A stretch of 64,000 nucleotides of DNA from assembly GCA_963666215.2 (NCBI GenBank), contig CAXWPL010000002.1, positions 352,001 to 416,000 on the forward strand, written 5' to 3'. The notes under the pieces are model-generated. The model worked only from the letters and a program-made list of their open reading frames with translations. It had not been told where the DNA came from and searched no databases. The stretch comes from Acidobacteriota bacterium. Its GTDB lineage: Bacteria; Acidobacteriota; UBA890; WLXD01. Numbering within the stretch: position 1 is the stretch's first letter; the number at the start of each line of letters is the position of its first letter. The translations under genes and the position numbers were made by a program. Below are positions 58,042 to 64,000 of this stretch, piece by piece.

Positions 58042-59895
58042 ATGCTGACCTACCTACGTATTCGCGATTTGGCGCTCATCGACGACCTGACACTCGAGTG
58101 GGGGCCCGGTCTGACAGTGCTCACCGGCGAGACCGGGGCCGGCAAGTCGATCCTGCTCGACGCCCTGGCGCTCGCAGCAGGTCAGCGGGCAGCTCTCGAG
58201 AAGGTCCGCGCTGGCGCCGACGAGGCCGTTGTCGAAGCGGCGTTCGAGCTCCCTCCCCACAGCGCCACGCTGGCCGCGCTGGCGGCTCCGGCAGACGATT
58301 CGGATTCGAGAGCCGCGTCGAGATCGGCTGGCGACCGGCCGCCGGCCGACGCGACGGGGGGAGACGAAGAAGAAGGCACGCTCGTCGTTCGCCGGGTTAT
58401 TGGCCTCGGTTCGAGAGGCGCGCGGGCCTTCGTTAACGATCGGCTGACAACGGTCTCGCGCCTTCGAGAGATCGGCCGACAGCTGGTCGACTTCGCCGGC
58501 CAGCACGAGAGTCAACGCCTGTTGCGGCCAGCGGCTCAGAGGACGCTGCTCGATCGATTCGCGTCGCTGCTCGAATTGGTCGACGACGTGGCCGATGCTT
58601 TCAACGCCGTCAGTGGGGCGCAGGCGAGGCTGGACCGGCTGCAGCTCGACGACAGGGAACGGGCCCAGCGTGCCGACTACTTGCGATTCAGGATCGGCGA
58701 GATCGTCGCGGCCGAATTGCGGCCCGGTGAGTACGAGGAGCTTGCCGCCGACCGGCGCCGGTTGCGGCACGCCGACGAACTTCGCGAGCTGTCCGGAGAG
58801 GCGTTGAGTGTGCTTTACGAGCAGGAGGGAGCCGCCGTCGAGTTACTAGGAAGGGCGCAGGCTTTGCTGGAGAGGCTCGAGACTTTGGATCCAGAGGCCG
58901 TGATCGGAGACGGTGGTCCCTCGGGGGCGCTCGCAGCTCTCGCCGAGAGTCGGATCGCCGTCGAAGAGTTGTCGCGCGGGTTGCAGGCATACGCCGCCAG
59001 GGTGAGCGCCGAACCGGCACGCCTCGAAGAGATCGAGCAGCGACTGATGGTGATCGAAGGGCTGCGCCGCAAGTACGCCGATGGGGTGGACGAGATCCTT
59101 GTGCTGCTGACCGAGTCAAAGGCGGAGCTGGCGGGGCTCGATAACCGCGACGAGGAAATCGAGCGGACTCGAACGGAGCTCGTCGTTGCGATCGAGCGCT
59201 ACGACCGGCTCGCGCGAGAGCTGAGCGCGGCGCGCCGCGCTGGTGCCGCGGAGCTGGCGCCGCGCATCACCGCCGAGCTGCAGGAGCTCGGCATGGCGGG
59301 CGCCGCGCTGCACGTGGAGGTGTCGGCGGGCGCGAAGCGCGAGGATCGGTCGACTGACGAAGCTGAATCAGCTGGCTCGAGCCAGTCGGGCGGCCTGGGA
59401 CAGACGGCTGCGGCTCCGGTCCCCGGAGCTCGGCGCAGCGGCTACGACACCGTTGAGCTCCTGCTCGCTGCCAATCCCGGCGAGCCGCCACGGCCGCTGA
59501 CACGCGTGGCTTCGGGCGGAGAGCTGTCGCGGGTGTTGCTGGCGCTGAAACTGGCGGTTGCGCACAACGACGCCGCTGCGGCTTCGACGCTCGTTTTCGA
59601 CGAGATCGATGCGGGCATTGGAGGTGGTGGGGTTGCAGAGTGCCTGGCGGCCCGGCTCGCCGAATTGGCAACCAGCCGTCAGGTGCTGTTGGTGACCCAT
59701 CTGCCGCAAATCGCCGCGGCAGGCGCACGTCACCTGCGCGTTACGAAGGGTGAGAAGGACGGTAGAACAGCCGTGCAGATCGAGTCGCTCGAAGGTGCGG
59801 CACGCGTCGAGGAGCTGGCGCGTATGCTCGGCGGCGTGCAGGGTACCGACAGCGTGCGGCAGCATGCTCGTGACCTGCTTGGCCGCCGAGAGTAG
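58042..59895 (+). CDS. recN: DNA repair protein RecN
   Basis: LTGETGAGKS, GQHE, ASGGELSR, FDEIDAG, VTHLPQIAA, ELARML. Confidence 0.97.
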   Translation: MLTYLRIRDLALIDDLTLEWGPGLTVLTGETGAGKSILLDALALAAGQRAALEKVRAGADEAVVEAAFELPPHSATLAALAAPADDSDSRAASRSAGDRPPADATGGDEEEGTLVVRRVIGLGSRGARAFVNDRLTTVSRLREIGRQLVDFAGQHESQRLLRPAAQRTLLDRFASLLELVDDVADAFNAVSGAQARLDRLQLDDRERAQRADYLRFRIGEIVAAELRPGEYEELAADRRRLRHADELRELSGEALSVLYEQEGAAVELLGRAQALLERLETLDPEAVIGDGGPSGALAALAESRIAVEELSRGLQAYAARVSAEPARLEEIEQRLMVIEGLRRKYADGVDEILVLLTESKAELAGLDNRDEEIERTRTELVVAIERYDRLARELSAARRAGAAELAPRITAELQELGMAGAALHVEVSAGAKREDRSTDEAESAGSSQSGGLGQTAAAPVPGARRSGYDTVELLLAANPGEPPRPLTRVASGGELSRVLLALKLAVAHNDAAAASTLVFDEIDAGIGGGGVAECLAARLAELATSRQVLLVTHLPQIAAAGARHLRVTKGEKDGRTAVQIESLEGAARVEELARMLGGVQGTDSVRQHARDLLGRRE

Positions 59896-60034
59896 TCGAT
59901 CCACTTTTCGAGCGGGCAGGGCGTGCGCGAGGTCAGAAATTCGACCACCCAAAGGTCATCCTGCAGTCAAGATCGAGATCGTCCGTCATGGAACAGTGGC
60001 GGTGTGATTCATTCAAGCTCGCAAGAGGAAAGCG

Positions 60035-60931
60035 ATGCAGCAGCTCAATCGAATCGGAGTGGTCGGAGGAAGCGGCCTTTACGAGATCGAGGGCCTCACC
60101 AGCATCGAGGAGGTCAGGGTAAGCACGCCGTTCGGCGAGCCTTCCGACGCCTACATCCTCGGCGAGCTCGACGGCAGGCCGGTAGCTTTTCTGTCGCGTC
60201 ACGGCCGCGGCCATCGCTTCAACCCGTCCGAAGTGCCGTACCGGGCCAACATCCACGGGTTCAGGAGTCTCGGTGTCTCGAATGTGCTCTCCGTGAGTGC
60301 CGTCGGCAGCCTACGTGAGGACATGCAGCCCGAGCATTTCGTGGTGCCCGATCAGTTCGTTGACCGCACACGAGGTCGCGACGCGACGTTCTTCGAGAAC
60401 GGCGTCGTAGCACACGTCACGTTCGCCGATCCTGTTTGTCCCGAGCTCTCGCGTGTGCTCGTGGCGGCCACCGAACAGGCAGGCTGCACCGTCCACTCTG
60501 GTGGCACCTATGTCTGTATCGAGGGCCCGCAGTTTTCGACCCGCGCCGAGAGCAACCTGTACCGCTCCTGGGGCATGGACATCGTTGGCATGACCAATCT
60601 CACCGAGGCCAAGCTGGCGCGTGAGGCCGAGATCGGGTACGCCACTCTGGCGATGGTGTGCGACTACGACTGCTGGCATGAGGGGCACGAAGACGTCACC
60701 GCCGAGATTGTGATCGACGTCCTGATTCGCAGCGTAGCCAACGCCAAGCGCATCGTGCGCGGGGCGGTCGCCATGATTCCACCTGCCGCGGTCTCCAGCT
60801 GCGTCGACGCGCTGCGCAACTCGGTGTTGACGAGTCCCGAATGCCGGCCAGCCGAGACCGAACAGCGGCTCTCGCTGCTGCTCGACAAGTACCGCGTGGC
60901 CGGCGGCCACGCCGATCGTGAGGCCGGTTGA
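60035..60931 (+). CDS. mtnP: S-methyl-5'-thioadenosine phosphorylase
   Basis: GGSGLY, RHGRGH, YRANI, AVGSL, EGPQFSTRAES, GMTNLTEAKLAREAE, DYDCW. Confidence 0.93.
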   Translation: MQQLNRIGVVGGSGLYEIEGLTSIEEVRVSTPFGEPSDAYILGELDGRPVAFLSRHGRGHRFNPSEVPYRANIHGFRSLGVSNVLSVSAVGSLREDMQPEHFVVPDQFVDRTRGRDATFFENGVVAHVTFADPVCPELSRVLVAATEQAGCTVHSGGTYVCIEGPQFSTRAESNLYRSWGMDIVGMTNLTEAKLAREAEIGYATLAMVCDYDCWHEGHEDVTAEIVIDVLIRSVANAKRIVRGAVAMIPPAAVSSCVDALRNSVLTSPECRPAETEQRLSLLLDKYRVAGGHADREAG

Positions 60932-61842
60932 TGAGCATTGTGGTTGTGGGTTCCGTGGCCTTTGACACCGTTGTGACGCCATTCGGGCGGGTCGATGACG
61001 CACTTGGTGGAGCGGCCACGTTCTTCTCGGTGGCGGCCTCGTACTTCAGCCCAGTCAAGGTGGTAGCCGTGGTGGGCGACGATTTCGGTGCCGAGGAAGA
61101 AGAGGTCTTCTCGCGCCACAGCATCGACACCGCTGGCATCGAGCGTGCCGAGGGTCGGACGTTTCGCTGGGGAGGGGAGTATTCGCGAAATCTCAACGAG
61201 CGGCAGACGTTGTTTACAGAGCTCAATGTCTTCGAAGGCTTCGCGCCACAACTTCCCGAGGCCTACCGCAGCGCCCCCTACGTTTTTCTGGCCAACATCG
61301 CTCCGGCGCTCCAGCTCTCGGTGCTCGAGCAGGTCGAGGCTCCGCGGCTGGTGGCACTCGACACGATGAACTACTGGATCGAGAGCGACCTCGACGGGTT
61401 GCGCCGAGTGCTCGGCCGCATCGGCGTGTTGATCATCAACGACGAGGAGGCACGTCAGCTTTCCGGTTGCTTCAATTTGGTCGAGGCCGGGATGACGATT
61501 CTCGAGCTTGGGCCCTCCGCCCTGGTCATCAAGCGCGGCGAGCACGGAGCGCTTGCCTTCCTACAAGGCGGCGAGCGCTTCGCGTTGCCCGCCTTGCCTC
61601 TGCGCGAGCTCGCCGACCCGACGGGCGCTGGCGACACCTTCGCCGGCGGGTTCATGGGTTACCTGGCGCAATCACAAGACCATGGCCCCGACGTCATGCG
61701 CCGGGCGATCGTAGCTGGCAGCGCTATGGCCTCGTTCGCGGTGGAACGCTTCAGCCTCGACGGAATCGTCGGACTCGACCAGGCCGCGATCGCGGAGCGC
61801 TACCGCATCTTCCAGCGACTGACCCGGTTCGGTGATGCCTAG
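60931..61842 (+). CDS. PfkB-family (ribokinase-like) kinase
   Basis: GSVAFD, GGAA, DTMNYWI, INDEE, KRGEHG, DPTGAGDTFAGG. Confidence 0.93.
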   Translation: MSIVVVGSVAFDTVVTPFGRVDDALGGAATFFSVAASYFSPVKVVAVVGDDFGAEEEEVFSRHSIDTAGIERAEGRTFRWGGEYSRNLNERQTLFTELNVFEGFAPQLPEAYRSAPYVFLANIAPALQLSVLEQVEAPRLVALDTMNYWIESDLDGLRRVLGRIGVLIINDEEARQLSGCFNLVEAGMTILELGPSALVIKRGEHGALAFLQGGERFALPALPLRELADPTGAGDTFAGGFMGYLAQSQDHGPDVMRRAIVAGSAMASFAVERFSLDGIVGLDQAAIAERYRIFQRLTRFGDA

Positions 61843-61928
61843 CACGACGTGGCCGAATCCGGCCCGCCTTCTGACCGGTCGGCTGCGCTACAACGTGCCG
61901 CTGCTCGACGGCACCGAGGAGCAGTTTG

Positions 61929-62792
61929 ATGGCTGATCCCGCGTCCTTGCAGCCCGCACTGCTTGCCATCGACGTGGGAAACACACAAACTCAGGTCGGG
62001 GTTTTCTCATCCGCCGGCGAGCTGCTGGCCGAGTGGCGGCTGTCGACCGCGCGGAACCGCACCGTCGACGAGCTCGGACTGCTGATCCGGTCGCTTTTCG
62101 ATGCTCGTTGCCTGTCCACCGAATCCTTGCGTGGGTTCGTCTGTGCCAGTGTCGTGCCGCCGCTGACTGGTGTGCTCGAGGGTGTTGCCTCCGAGTACTT
62201 CGGCCTTCGAGCCACCGTCGTGACCGCAGCCTTGGTCTCCGACCTTCCGGTGCTCTACGAGCCGCCCACGGACGTCGGCGCCGATCGGCTGGTGAATGCC
62301 GTAGCGGCGCGTGAGCTGTATGGGGTGCCGGCTGTTGTCGTCGACTTCGGCACCGCGACCACTTTCGACGTCATCGATGCGAAGGGCGCCTATCTGGGTG
62401 GCGTAATCGCCACAGGGATTGGCGTGTCGGCCGACGCTCTGTTCGCCCACGCCGCGCGCCTGCCGAGGGTTGACGTTGCGCGACCCGAGTCTGTGATCGG
62501 ACGCTCGACCGTTGCCAGCCTGCAGGCCGGCCTCTTCTTCGGCTACGTCGAGCTTGTCGACGGCCTGTTGCAGCGGATTCGCGCCGAGCTTGCCGAGGGT
62601 TTGGGCGACAGCGCCGGGAGCGAGCTGGAGCCGAAGGTGATCGCCACCGGCGGCTGGGCGCAGCGTATCGGCTCCGAGTGCCGCGGCATCGAGATTGTCG
62701 ACGCGCTGCTCACGTTGCAGGGCCTGCGGATTATCTACGAACGTCACGGAGACCGAGCGGGTGGCGCCGATCCCGCGTCAGAGTCGACATGA
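61929..62792 (+). CDS. coaX: Type III pantothenate kinase
   Basis: AIDVGNT, SVVP, VGADRLVN, VDFGTATTFD, IATGG. Confidence 0.96.
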   Translation: MADPASLQPALLAIDVGNTQTQVGVFSSAGELLAEWRLSTARNRTVDELGLLIRSLFDARCLSTESLRGFVCASVVPPLTGVLEGVASEYFGLRATVVTAALVSDLPVLYEPPTDVGADRLVNAVAARELYGVPAVVVDFGTATTFDVIDAKGAYLGGVIATGIGVSADALFAHAARLPRVDVARPESVIGRSTVASLQAGLFFGYVELVDGLLQRIRAELAEGLGDSAGSELEPKVIATGGWAQRIGSECRGIEIVDALLTLQGLRIIYERHGDRAGGADPASEST

Positions 62793-64000
62793 GCAAGCGC
62801 AGCAAGCAGAAGCGGGGCCATCGGCGGGGAGACTCGGAACAGGCGGGAAAAGCCGGACAACGTCCGGCGCCCGATCCGCGTCACGTCGCATTGCGAGCCG
62901 TCGATCGTATTCGGCGCTTTGGAATCGACGGACCGCGACCGGTTGATGACCTGGGGCTGCTTTTCGACGCCGGCGACGCGGCCGTGGACGCGGTCCGCGA
63001 GGCGTTGCGCAGCGTTGGCGGCAACCACGTGGTGGCGGCGGTTCATCTGGTGCGGTTGCTGCGTTTTCGTGATCTGTCCGCGGACGTAGTGGAGGTGGCA
63101 CTCGCGAGCGATGCGTCCCTCGAGGCCAAGCGTGAGGCGCTGGCGACGCTCGCCGTGCTGGCGGACGGCGGTCGCGGGTTTGAGGCCGATACGGGCACAG
63201 CCAGTGGCATCGACAGCGACGGGGTGCTCGCGGTGCACAACGAGCGGCTGCGGGTCGCCGACCGCTTCCTGAACGCTCCGGAGGTGGAATCACTGCGAGC
63301 GGTTCTGCAGCTACCGGACGGCTGGTGGGTGCCGACCGTCGGCGCCTGGCTGGCGGCTTCCAGAGGACTTTCTGGAGAGCTGCTCGAGCTCGTCCTCGGC
63401 AAGCGGTCGTCCATCGATGTGTTGGTGCTCGACCGTCTCGGCCGTAGCGACAGCCCGGACGCCGCCACCGTGGTTCGGCGCTCTATCGGCAGCGACGACC
63501 GCGACGTGCGCAAGGCGGCGAAGCGGGCGCTGCACCAGCTCCGAGCGCGCGGTCTCGACGCTGATAGCACAGACGACGGCGACGGCTTTTCTCTGAAGAT
63601 CCGTGCCGATGTCAGCCACGACGTGCAAACACACGCCACCAGCATCGATGGGGCCGGCGCCCGAGTCATCTGGGTGCTGACGCCGTCGGGGGCGGGCGGT
63701 CAGCGTTTGCTGGAGGCGGTGATCGACGACCACGTCGGCCTGCGCGGAGCGGAGGTCATGGCGGTGACTCGCAAGGGGTTCCGCGAGCACATGTCGCAGC
63801 TTGGCGACAACCCGGCGATCCTGGTTCATCGTCTGCCCGAAACAAAAGTGCTCGGATGGCTGGCTGCGGCGGAACGGGCCACCCAGGACGCCGGGGCGGA
63901 GTGGCCTTCGAACTACGGCGACTGGCGGGCCGAATACGGCGCCTCGTTGCTGGAGGGACTGCAGCCCACGGAATCGAATCACGTGAGTGCGAATCCGGCG
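62789..64000 (+). CDS. Helical/HEAT-like hypothetical protein, runs off the window
   Basis: ATGA overlap with coaX; hand reading MSKRSKQKRG..DRDVRKAAKRALHQLRARG..SIDGAGARVIW; absent from the ORF track, consistent with no stop in the window. Confidence 0.75.
   Translation, partial: MSKRSKQKRGHRRGDSEQAGKAGQRPAPDPRHVALRAVDRIRRFGIDGPRPVDDLGLLFDAGDAAVDAVREALRSVGGNHVVAAVHLVRLLRFRDLSADVVEVALASDASLEAKREALATLAVLADGGRGFEADTGTASGIDSDGVLAVHNERLRVADRFLNAPEVESLRAVLQLPDGWWVPTVGAWLAASRGLSGELLELVLGKRSSIDVLVLDRLGRSDSPDAATVVRRSIGSDDRDVRKAAKRALHQLRARGLDADSTDDGDGFSLKIRADVSHDVQTHATSIDGAGARVIWVLTPSGAGGQRLLEAVIDDHVGLRGAEVMAVTRKGFREHMSQLGDNPAILVHRLPETKVLGWLAAAERATQDAGAEWPSNYGDWRAEYGASLLEGLQPTESNHVSANPA

Overview
GC-rich bacterial chromosome segment. 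Gene content (GspG-like pilin, BMC satellite locus, kinase/TolB-propeller fragment, many LGY-tailed sulfatase-like proteins) suggests Acidobacteriota; this is an inference. Housekeeping core: recA, NSS transporter plus a 41-aa partner missing from the ORF track, tRNA-Phe, purC, CIRCE-groES-groEL, skp, RNase P RNA, ssb, a complete tolQRAB-pal-cpoB operon, recN, mtnP-pfkB-coaX. Accessory regions: (i) 4.2-11.8 kb, an IS21-end/IS3/IS256 pile-up, a dead bioB and panB-DUF2520-panC; (ii) 20.8-23.7 kb, a scar beside tRNA-Phe with an inverted 16-bp copy of the tRNA 3' end, IS481 and kinase fragments and a sulfotransferase; (iii) 26-36 kb, secreted enzymes (atypical kinase, Thr-type sulfatase, three tandem matrixin-type proteases). 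The strongest candidate for an undescribed system is the 10-kb minus-strand cluster at 36295-46236: cysQ, sat and cysC (PAPS supply and PAP removal, with no reductase or canonical sulfotransferase), three Ser-type alkaline-phosphatase-superfamily enzymes with three different predicted topologies, two small RHH-like proteins, and a DUF106/EMC3-like 3-TM protein. A C-terminal LxxLGY tail is shared by CysC, both small proteins and a nearby exported sulfatase. I propose, as inference only, a trans-membrane sulfo-group relay using tyrosine carriers. Several frameshifts may be sequencing errors. All family calls are by eye; no searches were run.
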